Positions 18,267 to 28,840 of a stretch of DNA of 64,000 nucleotides are shown here, piece after piece; positions within the stretch are counted from its first letter, which is position 1, and each line of letters begins with the position of its first letter. The notes under the pieces are model-generated. The model was not told the origin of the DNA. It made no database searches and saw only the letters and a list, made by a program, of their open reading frames with translations. This stretch comes from an uncultured Planctomycetota bacterium (GTDB lineage Bacteria; Planctomycetota; Planctomycetia; Pirellulales; Lacipirellulaceae), in NCBI GenBank assembly GCA_963719315.1, contig CAVRBU010000002.1:64001-128000 (forward strand), written 5' to 3'. Made by a program: the position numbers and the translations under genes.

Positions 18267-20002
18267 TTAGTTGTTGTGATTCTTCTGATCGATGATCAGC
18301 GTGCCGTTGTCCGCTACGTTGAACATCGGTCGGTAGCAGTTGTTGAAGCACTTGCGGGCCTGAGCGTCCCAATGCCAGACCAGGCCAAGGCCGATATTCC
18401 AGGCCTCTTGCGACGCACCGTCTTCGCCGTTTTTCGCGTCCGGGATCAGGTACTCGAAGCCGGCCTGTACGCTGAATCGATCTCCGACCGGCAGCAACAT
18501 ATCCGCGCCGATGAGGCCGTCCGCATCGCCGTTGGCGCCGGCGAAGAACCGGCCCTCACCGCCGTTGCAGCCGTGGATTCGGTAGAACAGCAGATATTGG
18601 TCGCTGGCTTCGAACTTCACGTTGTCGAATTCGTCGTTGTCCAGCTTCTGGTCGTTGAAGCCGAATATGCCCGTAAAGCCGATTTCGTGGCAACCGCCGC
18701 CAATCAAACTGATTTCGGTGCGGATCTGGCTGAACTGACGGGCGTGGAAACGCTCATCGTTGAGCATATCCCACACGACGCCGAAATTCAGGCCTTCGCA
18801 CTGGCGGTGAAACAAGCCTGCCGTGGCGAACTGTTGAAAGTGTTGTTGTTCGGTGTCCGTGTTTTTGTCGCCGTTGAGCTGGCTTTCGACGCCGCGCCAG
18901 CCAAATTGGTAGCCCAACTGGGCGTAGGGGACTTTGGCGCCGATGTTGAAGCCTTCGTTGAAGCCAAAGTTGCCGCTGTCGCGTTCCTGATCGTAGGGGC
19001 CTTTGAAACCCTGCACGCCACCGAAGACCATCACTTCCTGCCACTTTGGCCAGCGGAGGCGAACCGTGTGACACGATTCATCATCGCCGGGACCGATGCA
19101 AAACAGATCCTTTTTGCAATCTTCACAACCGCAGCCGGGCTGGCAATCGCAACCGGGTTCGCAGCCGCAGCCGGGATCGCCGCAGGGGCAACCACATCCG
19201 CAGGCGGGGTCGCAGCAACCATCGCCGCAGCCGCCGTTGTAGCATTCGCCGGACTCGCCGTAGGGCTGATAGGGACCGATGAAGGCGCCGGGGCCATCGA
19301 AATGGTGCATGACCGGATCTTGCATCTCGACGTTGCTGTTGCTGGGCATCGGGAGGTTTTCGGCGCGCGCTTGTTGACGGGAGCCGTCTTAGCCGGTGCA
19401 GCCGCCTCTCCTTGAAACGCGACATTGATCGTCTGCCATAAACTGTCGGTCGGCGATTCAATGGCGGCACGGCGAACGTTGTTCGCTTGCATCGGACGCC
19501 GTTGATATGCAGGCCGTTGCGGCGCGATGGCGCGATTGACGGGCGCCGTGCGTTGTTGCAAATTGGCTTGCTTTGCCGGCACCGAGGCCACCGCGATCGG
19601 GGCCATTGCAGCGGCCGCTGATTGATTGCGTTGCTGCGATTGAGAAGTCGCAGTCGATTGGGCGGTCGTTATTCGCTTGGCGTTGGAAGGCGGCTGGAAT
19701 GTTTGCGGCTCAGCAGCAGAAGCCGTCGAGGGCTTTGGCTTTTCTTTCTGGCGGAGCGGATTCGATTCGTCGCCGCTCGATTGGACTGCGTCGGCGGGTT
19801 GCTGGCCGTTCGGCAACCGCCAGGCGGGGCTGGAATTCAAGCTAGCTGCCGGCTGAACATTGGTCGGCCGCGTGACACCGGCCGAACGCCATTGCTCGCC
19901 GGAAGTCGCGGCCGACTGAGCCGACACTTGCCCAGCCCAACTGGCGGACAATAGAATCGCAGCGATTGTGAATCGAGGCGCGGCGAGGCGGGTAACGGAC
20001 AT
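18267..20002 (-). CDS. Planctomycete DUF6666-like exported protein (low-complexity N-terminus, Cys-rich linker, probable beta-barrel); frameshift near 19360
   Basis: Signal peptide in ORF 19031-20002 and conserved-looking FGGVQGFKGP..GNFGFNEG..YRPMFNVADNGT in ORF 18267-19349. Confidence 0.7.
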
Positions 20003-20235
20003 CGGTTGATCCTTCGAAAGGAGCAGTTTCGGTAAACCGTGATTACTTGGCGGCTTCTGGCATCGCGTAATTTGCGGCGCAGCAACTGCCTGTGATCCCC
20101 CCTTGGATCAATAGCTGCTCTGGGTTATCGGCGGCCGCCGGAGGAGACTTTCGGAAAAGTCTACGGAATCGTTAAACTCGTATGCTGTCACTGCTTCCGC
20201 GGGCCGCGCGACCCGTCTTGCGATCATCAAACCCT

Positions 20236-20300
20236 ATTGCGGATTGCGGACTTCGGACTGCGGATTGAAAATGCCCAATCCGCAAACCGAAATCCGAAAT
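20236..20300. repeat. Inverted array of GCGGATT-like heptamers
   Basis: attgcggattgcggacttcggactgcggatt...aatccgcaaaccgaaatccgaaat. Confidence 0.6.
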
Positions 20301-20305
20301 GCTTT

Positions 20306-21961
20306 ATGTCCGCTAGCAACTTTACCGTCGCTACAAACGTCGTCGATATATTGGGCCGCCGCAGGTTCCCGGCGGAGGTCATTGTCGAAAATGGCCGGAT
20401 CGCTGCAATCAATGAATTGGACACCGGTGCGACGTTCACTACTTATCTGCTGCCGGGATTCATCGACGCGCACGTTCACATCGAAAGCTCGATGCTCGTG
20501 CCGAGCGAATTCGCGCGTGCAGCGGTAGTGCATGGCACGGTGGCCACGGTGAGCGACCCGCACGAGATCGGCAATGTGCTCGGCGTGGCGGGTGTGCGGT
20601 ACATGCTCGAAAACGCGTCGCATGTGCCGTTCAAGTTCTTCTTCGGCGCTCCTTCATGCGTGCCTGCGACCATGTTTGAGACGGCGGGAGCGGAAATTAC
20701 GGTGGCCGAGGTCGAAAAATTGCTCGACGACCCGCGGATTCTGTATCTCAGCGAGATGATGAACTTCCCCGGCATTCTTAACGGCGACGCAGGCTGCCTG
20801 GCGAAGGTGAAGGCGGCGCACGATCGCGGGAAGCCGGTCGATGGGCATGCCCCGGGGCTGCGCGGCGAGGAAGCGGCCCGCTACATTGCCGCCGGAATCA
20901 CGACCGATCACGAGTGCTTCACCAAGGACGAAGCGCTCGACAAAGTGAAGGCCGGCTGCAAGATCTCGATTCGCGAAGGCTCGGCCGCCCGAAACTTCGA
21001 CGCGCTCTACTCCCTGTTGAGCGAATTTCCTGGCCAGACGATGCTCTGCAGTGACGACAAGCACCCCGACGAGTTGCTGCTCGGGCACATCAACGGGCTA
21101 GTTCGTCGGGCGGTCGAGCGCGGGATTGATCTGTATGATGCGCTCCGCGCCGCCTGCATCACGCCCATTGAACATTATAACCTGCCGGTCGGGCAGCTTC
21201 GTGTCGGCGACCCGGCCGATTTCATCGAATTCGCGTCGCTCAAGGAATTCAACGTGTTGCGAACGTGGATAGATGGCCGACTTGTGGCAGATAGCGGCAA
21301 AACTACGATTCCGCGCACTGAGCCAAGGGTCGTCAACAGCTTCTCCGCCCGTAAGGTATCGGCGGAAGAAATTGAGGTCTCCGCGCCGGCCGACTCGACG
21401 CTCAAACTGCAAGTCATAGAAGCGCTCGACGGCCAATTGATCACCAACCGGCTCGAGTTCCCGGTCCAGATCATCAACGAGGCGGTTCACGCGCAGCTCG
21501 AGCTCGATATCCTCAAACTGGTCGTCGTAAATCGCTACTTCCCAGCGCCGCCCGCGATCGCGTTCATCAAGAATTTCGGCTTGAAGCGCGGGGCAATGGC
21601 GTCGAGCGTAGCTCACGATTCGCACAATGTGATCGCCGTCGGAGCGAACGACGACGATGTCGCGGCCGCGATCAACCTGGTCATGGAAACCGGCGGCGGC
21701 CTGTCGGCAGCCTGTATGCACGAGCAAGTTGCCGAAGTGCTGCCGCTGCCTGTAGCTGGCTTAATGGCCACCGGCACCTGCGAAGAAGTCGGCCACGCCT
21801 ACGGCAAGCTCGACAAACTCGCCAAAGCCTGGGGCTCGCCCCTGCGGGCGCCGTACATGACGCTGTCGTTCATGGCGCTGCTCGTCATTCCGGCCCTGAA
21901 GCTGAGCGACCGAGGGTTGTTCGACGGGGCAAAGTTTGAGTTCACGGGTTTGCTTCGATAA
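20306..21961 (+). CDS. ade: Adenine deaminase
   Basis: PGFIDAHVHIESSM, DPHEIGNVLG, EMMNFPG, DGHAPG, TDHE, IREGSAA, SVAHDSHN. Confidence 0.95.
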   Translation: MSASNFTVATNVVDILGRRRFPAEVIVENGRIAAINELDTGATFTTYLLPGFIDAHVHIESSMLVPSEFARAAVVHGTVATVSDPHEIGNVLGVAGVRYMLENASHVPFKFFFGAPSCVPATMFETAGAEITVAEVEKLLDDPRILYLSEMMNFPGILNGDAGCLAKVKAAHDRGKPVDGHAPGLRGEEAARYIAAGITTDHECFTKDEALDKVKAGCKISIREGSAARNFDALYSLLSEFPGQTMLCSDDKHPDELLLGHINGLVRRAVERGIDLYDALRAACITPIEHYNLPVGQLRVGDPADFIEFASLKEFNVLRTWIDGRLVADSGKTTIPRTEPRVVNSFSARKVSAEEIEVSAPADSTLKLQVIEALDGQLITNRLEFPVQIINEAVHAQLELDILKLVVVNRYFPAPPAIAFIKNFGLKRGAMASSVAHDSHNVIAVGANDDDVAAAINLVMETGGGLSAACMHEQVAEVLPLPVAGLMATGTCEEVGHAYGKLDKLAKAWGSPLRAPYMTLSFMALLVIPALKLSDRGLFDGAKFEFTGLLR

Positions 21962-22008
21962 GATAGATTAGGTGAGGTAAACTGATTTCCTGCCGTCGAA
22001 ATCGCACA

Positions 22009-22279
22009 TCAGTTTTTTCTTCGCGCGTCGATGCGCCACACATCGTAGACTATCACCGTGCGAACATCGTCGAGCACTTCATATTGGATTCCAAGCGGAC
22101 GCTCGAAACCAATTCGTACCATATCGAAGCGTGACTCACCAAAACTCAACGGGTAAGTTGCGAGGTGTTGATCGATTTGTTGTGCCGCTTTGGCAAGTTG
22201 GGAACGCTCGGCAACATTTAAGAAGGATCTCTTCCAAGCGCTGCTCCGCGTGGGGAGCCCAAAAGACGCGGTAGCTCAT
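22009..22279 (-). CDS. RelE/ParE-like toxin with a +1 frameshift near 22218
   Basis: MSYRVFWAPHAEQRLEEILL/NVAERSQLAKAAQQIDQHLATYPLSFGESRFDMVRIGFERPLGIQYEVLDDVRTVIVYDVW; ATGA overlap with the upstream small gene. Confidence 0.65.
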
Positions 22280-22515
22280 TGAATGCCCAGTCGCGTCAGA
22301 ATCTCGCAAAGCGGTTTGCCCCTTTTGTCTTTGCGCAGTTCTTCGGTTTCAGCAATCGACAACGGCGGTTCTAGTTGCAGATCGGCAATTGGCGGACGAT
22401 CTCGAAGCGGCGAGAAGAATCCAAGCGCCCGGCCGTCCGAGTCACATAATATGGTTTGGCCTGCAAGTCGACCAAGCTGATCCCCCAACGTGGATTCAAC
22501 GGTAAGCTCATGCAT
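22276..22515 (-). CDS. Putative antitoxin (79 aa)
   Basis: MHELTVESTLGDQL..ILCDSDGRALGFFSP..LSIAETEELRKDKRGKPLCEILTRL; coupled to the toxin-like gene. Confidence 0.6.
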   Translation of the reverse strand: MHELTVESTLGDQLGRLAGQTILCDSDGRALGFFSPLRDRPPIADLQLEPPLSIAETEELRKDKRGKPLCEILTRLGIQ

Positions 22516-22782
22516 AGGACAATTGCCTTGGCAAAAAACGAAACGGAATAGAATCGATGGCTGCTTCAATTCTAGGAGGCTGTGCGTTTTTTTGCTATCG
22601 TAGACGCATGGTGAGGGATACCTGCGGAGTCGGGTGGAAGGCCCAAACGCCAGGTGACAACCCGCCCGGCCCGGCAGTATAATCCAATTGGCAATCCAGG
22701 CGGGAGCTTGGCTCCTCGCTTTTCTTTCGGCGCTATTCGGTTTTCGCCGGGGTCCCCGGCTACAGAACAGGAGTCTTGAATC

Positions 22783-24264
22783 ATGGCTACCATCACGCAA
22801 AAAAGAGAGACAGTCCGGCGTCCCCAAGTGCGGCAGACGCAGTGCTTCATTGGCGGCAAGTGGGTTCCTTCCGCCAGCGGCAAGACGTTTGAAACCATTC
22901 ACCCCGCCACCGAAGAAGTCATTTGCGAAGTGGCTGAGGGCGACAAGGAAGACGTCGATGCAGCAGTCGATGCGGCCCGCGAAGCCTTCGACAACGGCGA
23001 ATGGTCGAAGATGGACGCCCGCGACCGCGGCGCGCTGATGCACAAGTTGGCCGATCTCATCGAAGAGGAAGCCGATGAGCTCGCCGCTCTCGAAACGCTC
23101 GACAACGGCAAACCGATCAGCGACTCCCGCGCGGCCGATCTTCCGCTCGTGATCGATACGCTCCGCTACTACGCGGGTTGGGCCGACAAGATCGAAGGAC
23201 GCACGATTCCGGTCCGCGGCGAATTTTTCACGTACACGCGGCGCGAGCCGGTGGGCGTCGTCGGCCAGATCATTCCTTGGAACTTCCCGGCACTCATGGT
23301 CGCCTGGAAGTGGGGCCCGGCGCTCGCGGCGGGTTGCACGATCGTTATGAAGCCGGCAGAGCAAACGCCGCTCACTTGTTTGCGAATGGCGCGGCTGGCG
23401 CAAAAGGCCGGCATTCCGGACGGCGTCATCAACGTCGTGCCAGGCTACGGGCCGACCGCCGGCGCCGCGATCGTCAAGCACCCGGGCGTCGATAAGGTGG
23501 CGTTCACGGGCGAATTGGCCACGGCCAAGATCATTCAGCGCGAAGCGGCCGAGACGATGAAGCGGCTCACCTTCGAGCTGGGCGGCAAGAGTCCCAACGT
23601 GATCTTTGCCGACGCCGACCTCGAATCGGCCATCGAAGGTGCGCACTTCGGTCTGTACTTCAACCAAGGCCAGTGCTGCTGTGCAGGCAGCCGGCTGTTT
23701 GTTGAAGAGCGGGTTCACGATGAAGTGATCGATCGATTGAAGGAAAAAAACGTTGATCGCAAAGTGGGCGATCCGTTCGATCCGGAAACGCAACAGGGCC
23801 CTCAAGTCGACGAGGCCCAGTTCGACAAGGTTTTGCAATATGTCGATTACGGCAAGAAGGACGGCGCGAAAATGGTGTCGGGCGGCAAGCGCGTCGGCAA
23901 CAAGGGCTATTTTGTCGAGCCTACGCTGTTCGCCAATGTGACCGACGACATGCGGATCGCACGCGAAGAGATCTTCGGACCAGTGCTGAGCGTGCTGAAG
24001 TTCAAAAACGTGGACGAGATCGTCCGCCGTTCGAACGCGACGAACTTCGGCCTGGCTGCCGCCGTATGGACGCGCGACGTGGCCAAAGCCCATCGTTACG
24101 CGGCTGCCGTGCGGGCCGGCACGGTGTGGATCAATTGCTACGACGTTTTCGACGCCGCGGCGCCGTTCGGCGGGTTCAAGCAAAGCGGTTTGGGCCGCGA
24201 GCTCGGCGAGGCCGGATTGGCGAATTACACGGAGTTGAAGACCGTTACCGTCTCGATGACGTAA
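22783..24264 (+). CDS. NAD-dependent aldehyde dehydrogenase (ALDH1/2-like)
   Basis: [47 protein letters not shown]. Confidence 0.96.
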   Translation: MATITQKRETVRRPQVRQTQCFIGGKWVPSASGKTFETIHPATEEVICEVAEGDKEDVDAAVDAAREAFDNGEWSKMDARDRGALMHKLADLIEEEADELAALETLDNGKPISDSRAADLPLVIDTLRYYAGWADKIEGRTIPVRGEFFTYTRREPVGVVGQIIPWNFPALMVAWKWGPALAAGCTIVMKPAEQTPLTCLRMARLAQKAGIPDGVINVVPGYGPTAGAAIVKHPGVDKVAFTGELATAKIIQREAAETMKRLTFELGGKSPNVIFADADLESAIEGAHFGLYFNQGQCCCAGSRLFVEERVHDEVIDRLKEKNVDRKVGDPFDPETQQGPQVDEAQFDKVLQYVDYGKKDGAKMVSGGKRVGNKGYFVEPTLFANVTDDMRIAREEIFGPVLSVLKFKNVDEIVRRSNATNFGLAAAVWTRDVAKAHRYAAAVRAGTVWINCYDVFDAAAPFGGFKQSGLGRELGEAGLANYTELKTVTVSMT

Positions 24265-24270
24265 CAGGCA

Positions 24271-24312
24271 CAGCGAGCCGAGCAGCACTTCGGTGTCTGG
24301 CTCGGCTCGCTG
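24271..24312. repeat. Long hairpin immediately after ALDH (terminator-like or REP-like)
   Basis: CAGCGAGCCGAGC...GCTCGGCTCGCTG with an inner CAC-TTCG-GTG; no U tract. Confidence 0.55.
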
Positions 24313-24345
24313 GACCTATGTGCTTGAATCTTAGGGGTTGCAACG

Positions 24346-25024
24346 ATGTCATTCTGCTGGCGCTTTCTGACCATGTTGTTATTCCTGGGACTCGCAGCTA
24401 GCGTTGCCCGCGCAAGAGCGAGTCGCCGGCCCCGCGGCCGACACCAAGGACACGCCGCCGCCCGGCGTGGATAAGTTCTATTTCGACCTCAGCCATTCGC
24501 AGGACCGCGCTATCAAGAGCATGGCCGAGCGTTACATCAGCATGGTCAAAACTCAAGAATGGAGCGATCTATCGGGGAACTTCAAGACCATTGCCTGGTA
24601 CGTAAAGCACACTCCCGATCTTTCGACCGTAACCATAGAGATCGTCAAAGGTCGCGGCGCCGAGCGGAAGACGGAGCAAAAGACGGTTCCGGTGGATAAG
24701 TTGAGTAAGACCTGCCAATCGCGTGTCCGGCAAATAGACGCGATGCAAAAGACGCTGAAAGAGCGGGCAGCAGCGATGCCGGGGGAAAACGGCGCTCCGG
24801 CCGTTCCTGGGGCGGAGACGCCGGGATCGCCGATGGGAGACGAAGTGGGCGCACAACCAGGCGTTCCGACTGGCCCGGATGGTGGCACATTGGCGGCTGA
24901 AGCCGCACCGGACCCGAGCGCATCCGAGCACGATCCACTGGGCTTCGCCGAGTTAGCGGACGTGCAGGCACCGCCTGTTGGCAACGAAACTCCACCGGTC
25001 AATCCGGCGCTGAGACGCAAATGA
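24346..25024 (+). CDS. Secreted SHD1-domain protein; frameshift just after the signal peptide (about 24410)
   Basis: Signal peptide MSFCWRFLTMLLFLGLAASVA; EWSDLSGNFKTIA...VPVDKLSKTCQSRV resembles SHD1. Confidence 0.55.
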
Positions 25025-25249
25025 GGGCACGTCCGTGGCTACGGCCTGCTAAGCCGCAAGCGTGTGGCATTGCTGCTATTGCTGGTGCGGACAAACGCTG
25101 CTGGCAGACATAGTTGCTACCTCTTTGCCAGAATTCTTGGCTATCCAGGCAAAGTTTGCCGATTATTCCGACTGTACGGATCGTAGCGGTTGCGCCACGC
25201 CGTGCGCGCTGCTTCTGAACCTACTGCAAAGCAACGATCATCGCCCCCA

Positions 25250-28200
25250 ATGACGATCGCGACGCTGAAATCCTGGTATCGGAAACGCCACCGACGCACG
25301 GCCGTCGCGTCGGTTTTTGCCTCCATGATTTCGTTGCTTGCCGCGAACGGCGCAAGTGCCCAGTCGCCCGGTTTCCCAGCCGCCGCGCCACAGGCCGCGG
25401 CCGCGACGGCCAGCGAATCCAAGGTCGAAGCCTACCCGCTCAACGCGGCGACGCGCGACGTGCTGACCCAATGGCAGCAAGTATCCGCGGGCCGGACCGA
25501 CATCCGCGTCGCGATCGACGAGCGGACCGCGCAAGCGCTAGTATTCGCTCCGCCGGCCGTGCAAGCACAAATTCAACAACAGCTTGCCGCGAAGATGCCG
25601 GCCGCCGCTCCGGCTATTGCCGCACCCACCCAGAACGTGGTTGCTCCGAATGTAGGACTCAATTTGCCCGGCAGCCCGGTGATGTTTCAGCTTCGCCAAC
25701 TTCCGGCTGCCGAGGTCCACGGGAAACTAGAAGGATTGCTTTCCCGTAGTCTGCCGGCCACGGTTGACGCATCCGGCGAATGGCAGACATTTCCGGTCGA
25801 GGCTTCGCCTGGGGTCGCGGTAACGATGAGCGTCAATATCCGCTCCGGCCAAATGCGGCTGGATGGCCCGCCCGCCCAGGTCGCCGCATGGCGAAGCGTC
25901 ATCGATGCGCTCGATAGCCCGCCAACCACACCCAATCGCGTGACGAAGCTCATCGCTACCAAACCCGCGAGCCACGATCGTGTTCGCAGAACGCTGCAAG
26001 TGCTGCAAGCCGATAGCGCCAATCGCTCGCCGGGTTCGGGTTCGATGGTTGCCGCGATGTTTCAACAACAGCCGAATGCGACCGGAACTGACGCATTCGC
26101 CCCGCCAGCTGCTGGGCAACCAGCCGCAGGACAATCCACCACGCAACCAGCCCCCGCCGCCGCCGCGCCGACGACCACGCAAGCCGCCCCCGGCAGCGCC
26201 GCCCAAACGGCAATGGACGCCGCCAAATTGGCCGAAGCCGCCGGCGGCTTGCTCGGACCGGTACAAGTCGAGTTCGTCGAAGGGCTCGATGTGATCGTCC
26301 TCCGCGGCAGCGATCGCGACGTGCAGCGCGTGATGGATATCATCAAACAGATCGAAGACCTGAGTGCCGTGACGGTGCCGGACATCCAGATTTACGAATT
26401 GAAGTACGTCGATAGCGTGCAGATGGGCGCGCTTCTGCAACGGCTGTACGAGCAGGTGCTCGGTCCGCGGATCGGCACGGTGAACATCACGCCGCTCGGC
26501 AAGCCGAACGCGCTGCTGCTGATCGGCCGGCCGGAAAACGTGAAGATGGCGATCGAGCTCGTTCAGCGGCTCGATCTGCCGGTGTTGCCGACAGCCCGGT
26601 TCGAAGTCTTCCCGCTCAAGCACGCGGCGGCAACCGAAGCGAAAACGCTGATCGACAGCTTTCTGGGCCAAGGCGCCAACCAAGGGGAAGGACAACCGGT
26701 AACGCAACCCACCACGGGCGGAGGCGGTGGTGGTGGCAACAACGCCAACACTCAGATGCCGACGCTCACCCCGCGAGCCCTCGTCGTGGCCGATCCGAGA
26801 ACGAATTCGCTCATCGTGAGCGCCAGTCCACGGGACATCGCCGAAATCGCGGCGTTGGTCTCGCGGATCGATACGCCAGGCGCTTCCGCCGAATTGAAGG
26901 TTTTCACGATCGTCAATGGCGATGCCACGGCCCTTCGCGACATGCTTAGCTCGCTGTTCTCCGTTCCCGCGGAAAGCGGAGGTGGCGGAGGTGGCGGTGG
27001 TAATGCAAATGCTCCCAGCGGTGGCGCGCTCGGCCAAGGCGGACCGGTGCGGATGCAGTTCTCGGTCGATACGCGGACCAACAGCATCATTGCCGTCGGC
27101 AGCCGCGAGGACCTCGCCGTCGTCGAAGCGATCTTGCTTCGACTCGACGAAGGCGATCTGCGCGAACGCAAAACGACCATCTACCGCTTGAACAATGCGT
27201 TCGCACAGAACGTCGCCACAGCGCTCAACGAGTGGCTGCAAACCGAACGACAAAATGTCGATCAGTCGGAGATCACGGTCAGTCCGTTCGAGCAGATCGA
27301 GCGGGAAGTGATCATCGTCCCCGAACTCGCCACCAACAGCTTGATCGTGAGCGCCACGCCGCGATTCTACAGCGAAGTGATCAAGGTCGTCCAAGACCTC
27401 GACGAGCGGCCGCCGATGGTCCTTATCCAGGTGCTCATTGCGCAAGTGCAACTCAACGACACCGACCAATTCGGCGTCGAATTGGGTCTGCAAGATTCCG
27501 TGCTCTTCGACCGCTCGCTGCTGTCGGACGTGCAACAACTTACGACGACGACGAATACCCAGAGTGCGGGCGGCGCCACCGTATCAACGACGAATCAGAA
27601 CGTCATTAACGCGAATGGCCAGCCAGGCTTTAACTTCAATAACCCAACGGCGTCGCTGGGGAATAACATTGCCTCGAATCTCAATCCCAATGCAGTTTCA
27701 ACGGCCGGCCGGGTCGGCGCACAAGGTCTGTCAAATTTTGCGGTTAACCGGCTTGACCCGAGCCTCGGATTCAGCGGCTTCGTATTCTCAGCATCGAGCG
27801 ACGCGGTGAGCGTTCTACTGCGGGCACTGCAGGAAAAGCGGCGGTTGGAGGTGCTCAGTCGGCCGCAACTCATGGCGTTGGATGGGCAACAAGGTTCGGT
27901 GCAAGTTGGGCAAGACGTGCCGACTGTGACCGGGGTCAACCAAACCACATTCGGCCAGACCAACACGATCGCTTATCGTTCGGTAGGTCTCATTTTGCAG
28001 GTGGTGCCGCGGATCAGCCCCGATGGTTTGGTAGTGATGCAAATCCTGGCGAACAAGTCGCAAGTCTCGAACGATCCCGGCATCCCGATTTCCATCAGCA
28101 CGGGCGGCCAGGTCGTGACGGCTCCCAGAATTGACGTTTCTCAAGCACTCACGACGATCAGCGCCGTGAGCGGCCAAACGGTGGTGCTCGGCGGCCTGAT

Positions 28201-28747
28201 TGAAACGACCAAAAGCGACGTCCACCGCCGCGTGCCGATCATCGCCGATATTCCGTTGCTCGGCGACTTGTTTCGCTACGACAGCGTTGCTGAAGAACGA
28301 CGCGAACTGCTGATCATCCTCACGCCGCAAATCGTTTACACGAAAATGGATTCGGATCTCGTCAAGCAAATAGAGTCCTCGCGTATGAGTTGGATTCTCG
28401 GCGATGTGGTCAACCTACACGGCGAGGCCGGGCTGCGAAGCCGCTGCGACGAATGGTACGACGGCGAGATGGAATCGATTTATCCGAACTTCGTGCCGGA
28501 AGAAGGCTTCCTGCCGCTGTCCTCACCCCGCGCGACTCAGGGATGCGAACCTGGTTCCTATGCGCCGGGAACAGGTGTTGTGGTGCCCGGGTCGGGTACC
28601 CCAATGATCGAAGGGGAACCGCTGCCGACGCCAACATCCGGTGCGCCGCCGCCAACGAACGACCGCTATGGCGTCGTCGATCCCTCAGTCAACGTACAAC
28701 CGGCCACGTATCAACCGCCGATTGCGCCCACCGCGACCAGTCACTAG
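25250..28747 (+). CDS. Large secretin (GspD-like) with several secretin-N repeats
   Basis: Repeated DPRTNSLIV / DTRTNSII / LATNSLIV; LDERPPMVLIQVLIAQV; VLSRPQL; VPIIADIPLLGDLF..RELLIILTP. Confidence 0.9.
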   Translation: MTIATLKSWYRKRHRRTAVASVFASMISLLAANGASAQSPGFPAAAPQAAAATASESKVEAYPLNAATRDVLTQWQQVSAGRTDIRVAIDERTAQALVFAPPAVQAQIQQQLAAKMPAAAPAIAAPTQNVVAPNVGLNLPGSPVMFQLRQLPAAEVHGKLEGLLSRSLPATVDASGEWQTFPVEASPGVAVTMSVNIRSGQMRLDGPPAQVAAWRSVIDALDSPPTTPNRVTKLIATKPASHDRVRRTLQVLQADSANRSPGSGSMVAAMFQQQPNATGTDAFAPPAAGQPAAGQSTTQPAPAAAAPTTTQAAPGSAAQTAMDAAKLAEAAGGLLGPVQVEFVEGLDVIVLRGSDRDVQRVMDIIKQIEDLSAVTVPDIQIYELKYVDSVQMGALLQRLYEQVLGPRIGTVNITPLGKPNALLLIGRPENVKMAIELVQRLDLPVLPTARFEVFPLKHAAATEAKTLIDSFLGQGANQGEGQPVTQPTTGGGGGGGNNANTQMPTLTPRALVVADPRTNSLIVSASPRDIAEIAALVSRIDTPGASAELKVFTIVNGDATALRDMLSSLFSVPAESGGGGGGGGNANAPSGGALGQGGPVRMQFSVDTRTNSIIAVGSREDLAVVEAILLRLDEGDLRERKTTIYRLNNAFAQNVATALNEWLQTERQNVDQSEITVSPFEQIEREVIIVPELATNSLIVSATPRFYSEVIKVVQDLDERPPMVLIQVLIAQVQLNDTDQFGVELGLQDSVLFDRSLLSDVQQLTTTTNTQSAGGATVSTTNQNVINANGQPGFNFNNPTASLGNNIASNLNPNAVSTAGRVGAQGLSNFAVNRLDPSLGFSGFVFSASSDAVSVLLRALQEKRRLEVLSRPQLMALDGQQGSVQVGQDVPTVTGVNQTTFGQTNTIAYRSVGLILQVVPRISPDGLVVMQILANKSQVSNDPGIPISISTGGQVVTAPRIDVSQALTTISAVSGQTVVLGGLIETTKSDVHRRVPIIADIPLLGDLFRYDSVAEERRELLIILTPQIVYTKMDSDLVKQIESSRMSWILGDVVNLHGEAGLRSRCDEWYDGEMESIYPNFVPEEGFLPLSSPRATQGCEPGSYAPGTGVVVPGSGTPMIEGEPLPTPTSGAPPPTNDRYGVVDPSVNVQPATYQPPIAPTATSH

Positions 28748-28840
28748 TTGAAACCGAAGGGGCACACAAGAAAAACAATACGGTTAACTCTGTTCCTTTG
28801 CGATTTGCGTGAGACTTGTCACAGTTGAATTGAATGAAAA

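Noticed and set aside
22516..24288. 670-aa minus-strand ORF and similar long antisense ORFs (18105-19415, 25727-27538, 47103-48149)
   Set aside because: Shadows of real genes in GC-rich DNA; only the last 79 aa of the 670-aa ORF look like a real gene.
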